IMG/VR virus record: IMGVR_UViG_3300020477_000014
Span: 64,001-128,000 of that record
Reading direction: 5' to 3' (one strand)
Length of the DNA stretch: 64,000 nt
From: a virus
Both the position numbers and the translations under genes were made by a program. Shown piece by piece: positions 31,699 to 40,989 of this stretch (within the stretch, counting starts at the first letter, position 1; every line of letters begins with the position of its first letter). The notes below the pieces were generated by a model. That model saw only the letters and a list, made by a program, of their open reading frames with translations, had not been told where the DNA came from and did not search any database.

Positions 31699-32421
31699 AT
31701 GAAACTAATAATGGAAAATTGGAACAAGTTCGTGACCGAGGAAGAAGCCGAAGATCCGTCGACTAATCTGATCGAATTGCTTAAACAAGCATGGGAGAAT
31801 ACTTCTGAGGCACACCTTGCCAAAGGTTTTGGACAACGGTCTCCCGGTGGTGCAGGTAGCACTTTTGATGAAGGAACAACTTTGGATACGCTTAAGGACG
31901 CCTCATGGCAGCCTTTTGAGCATAAATATGTAAGACAAAATCCTGAAAACGGGTACCCAAAAGCATTTAAAGCAGATATTGGCGGAGTTTTGGGGATGCT
32001 GCCGGTTTCTGCGTTAGCTGAATCTAATCCAAATATGAAGGTGCGCTTTCAGCCGGCACATATGGGTCAAGCAAAAACACCAGACGGAGAAACGGTTTAT
32101 GAAGTTGTTACATCCTTTGAAGGTGGTCGACCACAAATGAACATGACAACATTGCTAATAGGCCCGAAATGGTATCCGGGTCATGCAAAAGATGACGATA
32201 AGCCAGTCATTTGGACTTTCTATCCCGGTGAGCCGACTCCACCTCCCAATCCAAAATCCCCCAGATATATTCTTGAGAAAGATATCACCAAATATACCAC
32301 CGACAGCGTTGACTCTGGTTTTAAGGATGAGGAAGGGAATTCAATGGCAGCTTACATAGGTACGATTGGGGATGCAGCGAAGTTGGGTTATGGCAACATT
32401 AAACATGTAGAAGGAAACTAA
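31699..32421 (+). CDS. Hypothetical protein with MKLIMENW leader; putative head-internal protein
   Basis: Leader motif shared with 33187 and 42024; GGAG SD. Confidence 0.5.
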   Translation: MKLIMENWNKFVTEEEAEDPSTNLIELLKQAWENTSEAHLAKGFGQRSPGGAGSTFDEGTTLDTLKDASWQPFEHKYVRQNPENGYPKAFKADIGGVLGMLPVSALAESNPNMKVRFQPAHMGQAKTPDGETVYEVVTSFEGGRPQMNMTTLLIGPKWYPGHAKDDDKPVIWTFYPGEPTPPPNPKSPRYILEKDITKYTTDSVDSGFKDEEGNSMAAYIGTIGDAAKLGYGNIKHVEGN

Positions 32422-32423
32422 CC

Positions 32424-32900
32424 ATGAAAATCACAAAAGCACAACTTAAAAAACTTATCGCCGAAGAACTTGAAGAGATTCGCGTTGGCGGCATGGGAGG
32501 TTATCTCCCGGGAGAAACCGGAGGCATGCGTGGACGCGTTCGCGCGGATGTTCCTGGTACAGAAGAGTCTCCTTGTGCCATGGCAGCAGCCGAAGAGCCT
32601 CCCGATCTCGAAACACGTGTGGCGGCTATCGAAGACAAGCTTGATATGATCTTGTCTCAATTGCAGATATCAGAAGAAGCCAATCGCACAGCTAAAGGAA
32701 ATGTTACCCAGGCTGCTCGCGAAAAGTATGCGACTGTCGGTGATGATGGGTTTCCCATTTTTGATAAGAAGTCTGCGAAAGCGGCGATAGATTTGCGAGG
32801 CCATGCGCCCGAAGCAGATCGATCAAAGATTATTAATAAGGCTGCCAAGCGCGCCCCTGAAGCTGCCAAGAAAGCAAGAGAAGCTGACAAAAAGAAATGA
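32424..32900 (+). CDS. Hypothetical protein with MKITKAQLKKLIAEEL leader
   Basis: Leader shared with 32897; basic helical C-terminal module FPIFDKKSAKAAIDLRGHA. Confidence 0.5.
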   Translation: MKITKAQLKKLIAEELEEIRVGGMGGYLPGETGGMRGRVRADVPGTEESPCAMAAAEEPPDLETRVAAIEDKLDMILSQLQISEEANRTAKGNVTQAAREKYATVGDDGFPIFDKKSAKAAIDLRGHAPEADRSKIINKAAKRAPEAAKKAREADKKK

Positions 32901-33190
32901 AGGTTTCTAAGTCCAAACTTGAACAGATCATTCGTGAAGAACTAAAGAGCGTTTTATCTAAAACTACGTCACCGTTTCAGGTACCGACTTATCTTATTCA
33001 AGATCCCGAAGGTGATGCGATAGATGACGAGGAAGATATCGAAGAAGTGCTTGGTCCCGATGATGATGTGGGCGACTATATAGATGATTTCTCTGATTCA
33101 AATGCTCCGTCTTTAAAAGGCAAGAGCAAGGAGAAGAGAAAAGAGATGGCTATAGCCGCTCACTATGCTGCGAAGGAAAAAGACTCATGA
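32897..33190 (+). CDS. Small hypothetical protein with MKVSKSKLEQIIREEL leader
   Basis: ATGA overlaps on both sides; C-terminal DYIDDFSDSNAPSLKGKSKEKRKEMAIAAHY module. Confidence 0.55.
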   Translation: MKVSKSKLEQIIREELKSVLSKTTSPFQVPTYLIQDPEGDAIDDEEDIEEVLGPDDDVGDYIDDFSDSNAPSLKGKSKEKRKEMAIAAHYAAKEKDS

Positions 33191-33954
33191 AGTTGATAAT
33201 TGAAGGTTGGCGGGGCTACCTATCTGAACTTAAGCGCGCCGAAGACGAACAACAAGTTGGGCCCATTTATGATAATGTTGCGCTTCTTGTCGCCTTATCA
33301 AACATCGATCAGATCGATGAGGCTAGTTGGAAAAAAGGACTCGCCGGTCTTGGTTTGGCTACGGCACTTGGCGTGGGCGGTGGAGCGGGAATCGGTTCGG
33401 CAATAACAAGCCATGATGGCACGTCCAAAGCTCCACAAGTCCACCAAGATGTTGGCGGCTTGACTGATATGCCCACCTTCGGAAAAAACGACAAGGCCGG
33501 CGATGAGATGCCGATTGACAAAAACTGGACCAGATCTCCCACGCGCGGAGAGTATGTCTGGGTATCCCCGGATCAGTTTGAGGGAGGCTTTGTTCTTCCG
33601 TTGGGCAACGTCACCGTAGATGATTATAGAGAGTATCTATCTGCGTGGAATATCGACGATCTCTATAAACTGCTTTATGGAAGCAGTGGGCAATGGTCTT
33701 ACACCAAAGAAGCTCCCAATTTACCTAAAACTTTCGACAACCATCCTGGTTCTGGGCTCGAAATGTTGCCTCCTGACTGGTCGATCGCTTTTGATGTTTA
33801 TAAAGAAAAAGTGGAAGGAGCCACTGAACACATTCAAGATCGCATTAGTGATGCAGAAGACGGCGGTCTTTCAATCGCGAAAGGACTTGGGCACGAGGAT
33901 GTGGAAAGCTTACTTCAAGATCTTCAGAAATTAAACAGATCTGTTGAATATTAA
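33187..33954 (+). CDS. Hypothetical protein with MKLIIEGW leader and a Gly-rich hydrophobic segment
   Basis: Leader motif; GLAGLGLATALGVGGGAGIG is a transmembrane-like stretch. Confidence 0.5.
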   Translation: MKLIIEGWRGYLSELKRAEDEQQVGPIYDNVALLVALSNIDQIDEASWKKGLAGLGLATALGVGGGAGIGSAITSHDGTSKAPQVHQDVGGLTDMPTFGKNDKAGDEMPIDKNWTRSPTRGEYVWVSPDQFEGGFVLPLGNVTVDDYREYLSAWNIDDLYKLLYGSSGQWSYTKEAPNLPKTFDNHPGSGLEMLPPDWSIAFDVYKEKVEGATEHIQDRISDAEDGGLSIAKGLGHEDVESLLQDLQKLNRSVEY

Positions 33955-33955
33955 C

Positions 33956-33984
33956 TTGACAACTGTGGAATAATATGATATATT
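33956..33984 (+). promoter_or_regulatory. Sigma70-type promoter with extended -10
   Basis: TTGACA (33956-61), 17-nt spacer, TGa-TATATT (33979-84). Confidence 0.75.
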
Positions 33985-34005
33985 ATTAATAGGAGTGGAA
34001 AAAAG

Positions 34006-34164
34006 ATGAAAAGAAATATTATTTTAGGACTATTTTTTGTTACAGGTGTGTGTGTTAGTTCGTATCTCACATATGAGGCATTAAACAACAATGACATTGG
34101 CTCAACTTACGAGAACACCGAAACGATTAAAAACATTTCAGATTACGAAAGGAGTAATAAATGA
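34006..34164 (+). CDS. 52-aa membrane-anchored protein (below the ORF-track cutoff)
   Basis: MKRNIILGLFFVTGVCVSSYLTYEAL...; AGGAG SD at 33991-95; the TGA stop overlaps the holin start. Confidence 0.55.
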   Translation: MKRNIILGLFFVTGVCVSSYLTYEALNNNDIGSTYENTETIKNISDYERSNK

Positions 34165-34358
34165 TGCAATATGCACAAGGGAAACTTGATAAACTAGTTG
34201 AGAAGGCAATTTCTCGAAAGTTTTTGGTGTGGTTGACTGCCACAGCTTTGATGGCAACGTCCGGATTAGAATCCGGAGATTGGGTTATCATCTCTGCGCT
34301 TTATATTGGAGGCCAAACTGTTATCGATGGGATTGCAAAATTAAAAGGTCTTGAATGA
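34161..34358 (+). CDS. Putative holin (two transmembrane segments)
   Basis: 65 aa with SRKFLVWL... and a second hydrophobic helix; AAGGAG SD; followed by spanin-like genes. Confidence 0.6.
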   Translation: MMQYAQGKLDKLVEKAISRKFLVWLTATALMATSGLESGDWVIISALYIGGQTVIDGIAKLKGLE

Positions 34359-34747
34359 TCACGGTTAACTTTTTGCAAATTTTGTCTCTCTTCAAAAAGT
34401 ATTGGAGAGAGATTTTAATTATTGTGTTGTCTGTCATTGTTGTTGGTAAAATGAGAATAGATCACAACAGGATAGAAAAAACTTACAAAACTACCCAGGA
34501 AGAATTGCAAAAACAAATTACTGAGCTTAACAGGATCCACGTGCACGAAATGAAAGAGAAAGAGAAAGCAATAAAACTTTACAAAGAGACACTGGTTAAT
34601 ATAGAAAAAGATTATGAGGAACAAAAAAAAAAGAATAAAGAACTGAGCACCCAAAGAAAAACAAAACTAGAAAAACAATTCACTCGTGATAAGGATCAGC
34701 TAGCACATGAAATTAATAAAACTTTTGGCATTAAATATATTCCTTAG
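34355..34747 (+). CDS. Putative inner-membrane spanin-like protein
   Basis: N-terminal TM (ILIIVLSVIVVG) followed by a long charged coiled coil. Confidence 0.5.
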   Translation: MITVNFLQILSLFKKYWREILIIVLSVIVVGKMRIDHNRIEKTYKTTQEELQKQITELNRIHVHEMKEKEKAIKLYKETLVNIEKDYEEQKKKNKELSTQRKTKLEKQFTRDKDQLAHEINKTFGIKYIP

Positions 34748-35135
34748 TTCAACATCATACGCCACCGAAGGAAAATTTACATTTTTGGGACAAGGACAAT
34801 GTGCCTTATACGAGGGGGGTCTTTTTGATCCTTCTGCCATGGCACAAATGGTTGTTGTGGTGGAGGATTTGCAGACTGATTGTGATTTAAGAATGGAATA
34901 TGAATTAGACAAATCGGCCACACAACATCAGTTGGAAATAGAAAACCACCACATAGCCTATAGAACCCTTCAGAAGAAATATGATTTACTTGAAAATTAT
35001 AGTAATACTCAAATTACAAATCTTCAAAATGCTTTGGACTCTATTTCATCTACTAACAAGTGGCGGTGGTTTGGTGGGGGAATCGTAGTGGGCGTTGTTA
35101 CAACTTATGCTGGTTATCGAATGTTTAATGAGTGA
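34707..35135 (+). CDS. Secreted coiled-coil protein with C-terminal TM; spanin partner candidate
   Basis: Signal-peptide-like MKLIKLLALNIFLSSTSYA, coiled coil, C-terminal WRWFGGGIVVGVVTTYAGY; overlaps the upstream gene by 41 nt. Confidence 0.45.
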   Translation: MKLIKLLALNIFLSSTSYATEGKFTFLGQGQCALYEGGLFDPSAMAQMVVVVEDLQTDCDLRMEYELDKSATQHQLEIENHHIAYRTLQKKYDLLENYSNTQITNLQNALDSISSTNKWRWFGGGIVVGVVTTYAGYRMFNE

Positions 35136-35517
35136 TAAATATAATAAAATAGCTGCTATTGAACAAGCCATATCTAAAAAGTATGGGGACGATGCCATAC
35201 AAAACCCAAAAGCAAACTGGGATGAAGAAAAAGAACGAGAATACTTAGAGCAATCAAAAGAGTTTTATCGCAAAGTTCGTCGAAATGACGAGTGGCAAGA
35301 AAAAGTAGAGGTAAATGGTGTAAAGGTTTCAAAAAAACTACTTAATAGAGAATCTTTAATTTCTTGTCCTATTTGCGGGAATTTCCCCAAAGGCGTGATG
35401 GATGATGTGTGTTTATCAAAATTTGATTGCTGCAACAATTGTTATGTAAAATATGTAGAAGGACGAGAAGATAGATGGCTAAAAGGATGGAGACCCGATA
35501 ATGGCAACAACTTATGA
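35128..35517 (+). CDS. Hypothetical protein with Cys-rich (zinc-finger-like) C-terminus
   Basis: CPIC...C...CCNNC. The ATG at 35128 overlaps the upstream stop and is preferred over the track start at 35095. Confidence 0.55.
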   Translation: MSDKYNKIAAIEQAISKKYGDDAIQNPKANWDEEKEREYLEQSKEFYRKVRRNDEWQEKVEVNGVKVSKKLLNRESLISCPICGNFPKGVMDDVCLSKFDCCNNCYVKYVEGREDRWLKGWRPDNGNNL

Positions 35518-36034
35518 AATTATACAAGGATTGGCACAAGCTGCCGCAAATTCCTATGATGGAGCACTTGGCGAAGATTATGAGCCTGTAAATGATGGCA
35601 TTCTTCGAAGAGAAGAAGGGAACGCCCTCATTGATCAACGCGTGATGGATGGATTTAATGTTAAATTTTATGGCAACATGATGTGTCTTAGTTATCAAGC
35701 CGAGATCAAACTTAAAGAAGTATACGCCGGCGGATTTGAAGAAGAGACGGATCAGCGCCTGACTGATATTGCTGGATGGCTCAAGAAAGAGTACAAAAAG
35801 ATTACAGGCAACAGCGTTACTCTGACTGCCAAAGGCGAGGTGGACATTCGAGTAGAAAATTCTTCACGAGTACGATCGTGGGTGACAGCAAAAAAACATT
35901 ATCAAATTGGCGGTCTGAAAGAAGATATGGCTATCGAACAACCATCTGAAGACAGGGTAGAAAACAGTTGGCAAACCTTTTTGGGCCAGGGCGGATGGGG
36001 GAAGCGCCCCAAAAATGATACGAGAAAAAAATAA
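35501..36034 (+). CDS. Hypothetical protein (177 aa)
   Basis: ORF track; directly upstream of the terminase. Confidence 0.55.
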   Translation: MATTYEIIQGLAQAAANSYDGALGEDYEPVNDGILRREEGNALIDQRVMDGFNVKFYGNMMCLSYQAEIKLKEVYAGGFEEETDQRLTDIAGWLKKEYKKITGNSVTLTAKGEVDIRVENSSRVRSWVTAKKHYQIGGLKEDMAIEQPSEDRVENSWQTFLGQGGWGKRPKNDTRKK

Positions 36035-36042
36035 GATGACAC

Positions 36043-37626
36043 ATGAGCTTCAAGTTAACGAAAAAACAACAAGTTTCTGAAATTATTAAATGTGGAAAAA
36101 ACCCTTCTTATTTTTTGAAGACATATGCTCGCATTTCTCATCCTATGCATGGATTGATTTTATTTGATACCTATGATTTTCAGGACGATCTTCTTAAAGA
36201 TTTTAATGATTACCGATTTAATGTTATATTAAAAGCTCGACAGCTTGGTATTTCAACCATTACTGCCGGCTACATTGTTTGGATGATGCTTTTTCATCGA
36301 GATAAGAATATTCTCGTAATGGCTACCAAATTTGCGACAGCAGGTAACTTAGTAAAGAAAGTCAAGAGTATTATGAAGAATCTTCCTGTTTGGTTGACGA
36401 TCGCCAAAATTGATGTCGACAACAGAACGTCTTTTGAACTTTCAAACGGATCTACAATTAAGGCTACTTCAACATCTGGCGATGCTGGTCGTTCGGAAGC
36501 CTTGTCTTTGCTTGTTTTAGATGAGGCGGCACATATCGAGGGTCTCGAAGATTTGTGGACAGGTCTGTACCCCACGTTGTCTACTGGTGGTCGATGTATT
36601 GCTTTGTCTACCCCGAATGGTGTCGGAAACTGGTTTCATAAAACCTGTGCTGATTCGGAGTCTGGTGCTAATAATTTTAAATTAACAGTATTGCCTTGGA
36701 TTGTTCATCCGGAACGGGATGAAGAGTGGTTTAAGAAAGAAACCAAGAACATGTCCCGCCGCCAAATCGCCCAAGAACTTGAGTGTAATTTTAATACATC
36801 TGGAGAAACCGTTATCGATCCAGATTGCATGGAGTGGTTATTAACAAATGTCCGAGAACCTAAACACAGAACAGGGTTTGATAGAAACTTTTGGATCTGG
36901 GAAGAATTTGATCCTACTTGTAATTACCTTATCGTTGCTGACGTGGCTCGCGGAGACGCTGCTGACTATTCCACTTTCCATATTCTTAAGTTAGAGACAA
37001 TGGAGTTTGTCGGCGAATATCAAGGTAAACCAACACCGGACCTATATGCCAACATGCTTAATCAAGTAGGAAGAGAGTTCGGAAACGCCATGATGGTAGT
37101 AGAAAATAACAACATTGGTTACACGGTTTTAGATAAATTGTTAGAGCACGGATATCCCAACCTATATCACTCTATTAAGTCGACCCACGAGTATATCGAA
37201 CAACATCAAGCCGAAATTAGAACCAACTCAGTAGCGGGATTTACGACGACGATGAAAACCCGACCCCTAATAATTGCAAAATTAGAAGAGTTTATAAGAA
37301 ATAAACTAATTACTCTATATTCTTCTCGAACTATTAACGAGATGAAGACATTTATTTGGAGTCATGGAAAACCACAAGCAATGAAAGGATATCACGACGA
37401 TTTAATTATGGCACTTGCGATCGCCTGTTGGGTGCGCGACACCGCAATTCAATCTAATGCTCGTGATTTAAACTATCAACGTGCTTTTGTGGATGCTATC
37501 TATACGACTAGAACAACTATGAATACACAAATAAAAGGACAAATAGGCTACAAAGCAGACAATTTTGCAGATTCTGTAAATGAAGCTAAAAGTCTTTACG
37601 ACGAATTTAAATGGATTATAAAGTGA
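36043..37626 (+). CDS. Terminase large subunit (T4 gp17-like)
   Basis: Walker A LKARQLGIST, Walker B LVLDEAAH, coupling motif STPNG, and RNase H-type ADVARG and HDDLIMA. Confidence 0.95.
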   Translation: MSFKLTKKQQVSEIIKCGKNPSYFLKTYARISHPMHGLILFDTYDFQDDLLKDFNDYRFNVILKARQLGISTITAGYIVWMMLFHRDKNILVMATKFATAGNLVKKVKSIMKNLPVWLTIAKIDVDNRTSFELSNGSTIKATSTSGDAGRSEALSLLVLDEAAHIEGLEDLWTGLYPTLSTGGRCIALSTPNGVGNWFHKTCADSESGANNFKLTVLPWIVHPERDEEWFKKETKNMSRRQIAQELECNFNTSGETVIDPDCMEWLLTNVREPKHRTGFDRNFWIWEEFDPTCNYLIVADVARGDAADYSTFHILKLETMEFVGEYQGKPTPDLYANMLNQVGREFGNAMMVVENNNIGYTVLDKLLEHGYPNLYHSIKSTHEYIEQHQAEIRTNSVAGFTTTMKTRPLIIAKLEEFIRNKLITLYSSRTINEMKTFIWSHGKPQAMKGYHDDLIMALAIACWVRDTAIQSNARDLNYQRAFVDAIYTTRTTMNTQIKGQIGYKADNFADSVNEAKSLYDEFKWIIK

Positions 37627-37634
37627 GATAACTT

Positions 37635-39635
37635 ATGGCACCTCCCTTAAAAAATGGCAAAAACCCTGCGAATGATCAGTCTCAGTTATTTAAAGCACTA
37701 ACTAGGTTGTTCTCCGGGCCGATTATAAATTATAGATCGCAGTCCGGGCGCCGTATTAGGCGTCAACATTTGGACAAATTTTCGTCCCGCTTTAAGACCG
37801 CTTCCGGACAACAATTCAAAAAGGCTCTCTACAATCCTTTAGATGTTATTGCCTCCAACGCGATGCAGAACCAACGCCGCGGCGAAAGATATATTGATTT
37901 CGATCAGATGGAATACATGCCCGAGATTGCCTCTACTATGGACATCTATGCTGATGAGATGACAACTTATTCTGAGTTACGTCCAATGCTTAATATAAAA
38001 TGTGCCAACGAAGAGATAAAAGCGGTTTTGGCTACTTTGTATAGCAACATTCTTAATTTAGAGTACAACTTGTTTGGGTGGTGCCGTACGATGTGTAAGT
38101 ATGGTGATTTTTTCCTTTATCTAGATATTGATGATAAATATGGAGTAAAATCTGTTATAGCTCTCCCATCGGCTGAAATAGAAAGATTAGAAGGCCAGGA
38201 TGCAACCAATCCTAATTACATTCAATATCAATGGAATTCTGCTGGAATGACTTTTGAGAATTGGCAGGTCGCACACTTCCGCATTCTTGGTAACGACAAA
38301 TATGCCCCATACGGAACTTCCATTCTTGAGCCGGCTCGTCGTATTTGGCGACAACTTGTTCTTATGGAAGATGCTATGATGGCTTATCGTGTTATTCGTT
38401 CTTCAGAAAGGCGCGTGTTCAAAATTGATGTCGGCGGCATTAATCCGCAAGATGTTGAACAATACATGCAGAAGATCGTTACTCAACTTAAGAGGCATAG
38501 CGTTGTGGACCCCACCACTGGGCGTATCGATTTGCGTTACAATCCAATGTCCATTGAGGAAGATTATTTTATTCCTGTTCGTGCTGGTTCTGTTACAGAT
38601 ATTCAAAGTCTTGCCGGCGCCACAAATATTACAGCTATCGATGATATTAAGTATTTGCGTGATAAATTGTTCTCTGCATTAAAGGTACCTCAGTCTTATC
38701 TTACGATGGGCGAAGGGGCAGAAGAAGACAAAACAACGCTAGCGCAAAAAGATATTCGTTTTGCTAGGACTATACAAAGACTCCAACGGGTCGTTATAGC
38801 TGAGCTAGAAAAGATCGGAATTATCCATCTTTATACTCTCGGTTTTCGCGGCGACGATCTCTTGTCGTTTAATCTTTCACTTAATAATCCTTCGAAGATC
38901 GCAGAACTCCAAGAACTTGAGCACTGGAAGCAGAAATTTGATATTGCAGCCTCTGCCACAGAGGGGTACTTTTCTCGTCGCTGGGTTTCCGAGCACGTGT
39001 TCGGCATGTCTCACGAAGATTTCGTGAGAAACCAGAGAGAGCTTTATTTTGATCGCAAACAAGACGCTGCACTCCAAGCGGTGGCGGAAGCTGCTGCTGG
39101 TGCTGAACTAGGTGGCGGTGATCTTGGCGGTGATCTTGGTGGCGACTTAGGCGGTGAGGCTGGTGCTTTTCCGCCCGGCGATGAATTAGCCGGCGATGAT
39201 ATCGGCGGTGGTCAAGAAATGCCTGCCGGCGAAGCTGGCGCGCCAGAAAGCCCATTGTTGGCGGTACCTCCTGGTTCTCGCAAGGCGCCCACAGTTAAAT
39301 CACTAGAGCCTCAAGCTAAGGGCAAGCGCCACTTTCCCACGACAGTCGATAAACGTCAAGCTGGTGCGCGCTCTCGGTCCTATAGCGCACATGGCGGTAG
39401 TCAAAAAGGTAGTTCGGGTATTCGTAATGTGGTACCGGGATATTCTGATTTGAAAGGCATGGCGCGCATGGATGGCATCTCCGCTGGGATTTATGAACAA
39501 GAGGTGCCTACTTATAATATAAGAGAACAAACTGAAGAGAATCAAATATTTCAACGTAGCAACGATATTCGGCTTTTAATTGAGGATTTAGAAAATAATT
39601 TATTGGAGAATGAAGATAATGAAAATAAAACATAA
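37635..39635 (+). CDS. Portal protein (T4 gp20-like)
   Basis: QLVLMEDAMMAYRVIRSSERRVFKIDVG, EEDYFIPVR, YLRDKLFSALKVP, DIRFARTIQRLQ. Confidence 0.95.
   Translation: MAPPLKNGKNPANDQSQLFKALTRLFSGPIINYRSQSGRRIRRQHLDKFSSRFKTASGQQFKKALYNPLDVIASNAMQNQRRGERYIDFDQMEYMPEIASTMDIYADEMTTYSELRPMLNIKCANEEIKAVLATLYSNILNLEYNLFGWCRTMCKYGDFFLYLDIDDKYGVKSVIALPSAEIERLEGQDATNPNYIQYQWNSAGMTFENWQVAHFRILGNDKYAPYGTSILEPARRIWRQLVLMEDAMMAYRVIRSSERRVFKIDVGGINPQDVEQYMQKIVTQLKRHSVVDPTTGRIDLRYNPMSIEEDYFIPVRAGSVTDIQSLAGATNITAIDDIKYLRDKLFSALKVPQSYLTMGEGAEEDKTTLAQKDIRFARTIQRLQRVVIAELEKIGIIHLYTLGFRGDDLLSFNLSLNNPSKIAELQELEHWKQKFDIAASATEGYFSRRWVSEHVFGMSHEDFVRNQRELYFDRKQDAALQAVAEAAAGAELGGGDLGGDLGGDLGGEAGAFPPGDELAGDDIGGGQEMPAGEAGAPESPLLAVPPGSRKAPTVKSLEPQAKGKRHFPTTVDKRQAGARSRSYSAHGGSQKGSSGIRNVVPGYSDLKGMARMDGISAGIYEQEVPTYNIREQTEENQIFQRSNDIRLLIEDLENNLLENEDNENKT
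39114..39158 (+). repeat. 12-bp tandem repeat (GGDL) in the portal C-terminal tail
   Basis: ggcggtgatctt x2, then ggtggcgactta and ggcggtgag. Confidence 0.8.
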
Positions 39636-40446
39636 CAAAAAAAGAAACACTGCCTTTGTTTTTGAATCGTTGATTAAAGAAATAACACTTGCCATATTAA
39701 AAGAGGATGCGCCAAGGAAAGATAAAGCCGTCTCCATAGTGAGGAAACATTTTGCTCCCGATTCTATTCTTTCCCGACAACTACAGTGCTATCGCTCGTT
39801 GTATGAAAATCAAAATACAGACAGGATAACTTCTGAAAAGATAATGCGAGAATCGAAAATGGCAAATCGCCTTATTGATCCCGACGGGCTTTTTAAGAGC
39901 CAAACTAGCTTAATCAAAGATATAAATAAAGAACTAGATCCATCGATTTTTAATAATTTTGTTCCTAACTATAAAACTTTGGCAACGATTGATCAGATAT
40001 TTTCTGGAAAATTGTCACCGCGAAACACAATAATCTTAGAAAATCAAATTATTTCTAATATGATCAAGCCATCACAAACTAAAGATCAAATAGAGACCAT
40101 TGACGATTTAGCAGTTACTTCTTTCATAAAAAAGTTTAACACCAAGTACGAGGGTGGTTTGTTAGAAAACCAAAAGTCTTTGTTGAATCATTATATTTCA
40201 TCTTTTAGTGATAATTCTTTAAGTTTGAAAATGTTTTTAAATGAAGAATTATTACGGCTAAAAACAAGACTTAAAGAGGCTCTTGAGATAGAAGAAATTC
40301 GTAGCGATGAAGACATGCTTGCCAAAGCCGGCTTAGTTATTCAAAAGCTTGACGAGTTTAAAAATTGTCAATTAAGCGACACCGTAGTGTTGACAGTTTT
40401 GAAGACTCAACAACTAGAAAAGGAAATTTTCAACAATGACAATTAA
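39619..40446 (+). CDS. Hypothetical head-morphogenesis-region protein
   Basis: MKIKHNKKRNTAF...; GGAG at 39605-08 favours ATG 39619 over 39610. Confidence 0.55.
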   Translation: MKIKHNKKRNTAFVFESLIKEITLAILKEDAPRKDKAVSIVRKHFAPDSILSRQLQCYRSLYENQNTDRITSEKIMRESKMANRLIDPDGLFKSQTSLIKDINKELDPSIFNNFVPNYKTLATIDQIFSGKLSPRNTIILENQIISNMIKPSQTKDQIETIDDLAVTSFIKKFNTKYEGGLLENQKSLLNHYISSFSDNSLSLKMFLNEELLRLKTRLKEALEIEEIRSDEDMLAKAGLVIQKLDEFKNCQLSDTVVLTVLKTQQLEKEIFNNDN

Positions 40447-40978
40447 GGTCACCATTGGAAAGAACGAAACTAAGGCGACTGTTCGCCTCGAAATGGATAT
40501 CCGAAAATCGATTAATGGAGATTTGATGATTTTTGATCATGGCGATATCGACATTGTTTTGTCTACCACTTCTAATAGGGTATTGGCTTTTCCTAAAGAA
40601 AATATGAATGATTTGGTATATGGCGCTCAAAATAGACTGTTTACTCATCTTCATAGGCGCGGCGTGGTTATACCCGAATCTATTCAAGCTGCATCTTTTG
40701 CCGGCGCTTTCGAAGCAACGTTGCAGAAACCATTTACTGAAAGTATTAGCGCGGCTAAGTTTGCTTTAATTAATATTTCGCAATTTATCAACGAAGAGCG
40801 CCCTTATTTTGAGTCGACTGAGGCAATAATTTCTATGACGGATGATGAATTAGTCCACCCAGATAAGACAGACTCTACTGAGCTTGGGGACGTCCCACAG
40901 GCAGCCCAAAAGGGTTCTATACGCCCGGGCTATTCTCGAGATCCTTATGCTCTCAATTATTTATATACGCTAGAATAA
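40436..40978 (+). CDS. Hypothetical protein (180 aa)
   Basis: ORF track; overlaps the upstream gene; GGA SD. Confidence 0.55.
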   Translation: MTIKVTIGKNETKATVRLEMDIRKSINGDLMIFDHGDIDIVLSTTSNRVLAFPKENMNDLVYGAQNRLFTHLHRRGVVIPESIQAASFAGAFEATLQKPFTESISAAKFALINISQFINEERPYFESTEAIISMTDDELVHPDKTDSTELGDVPQAAQKGSIRPGYSRDPYALNYLYTLE

Positions 40979-40989
40979 GAGGTCTCAAA

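Noticed and set aside
34623-34633. A10 run containing an A_AAA_AAG slippery heptamer in the spanin-like gene
   Set aside because: Both shifted frames hit stops within a few codons (TAA 34636, TGA 34644), so no fusion to the next gene results.
35501-36034. Small terminase subunit call for the gene upstream of the terminase
   Set aside because: Supported by position only; no sequence motif.
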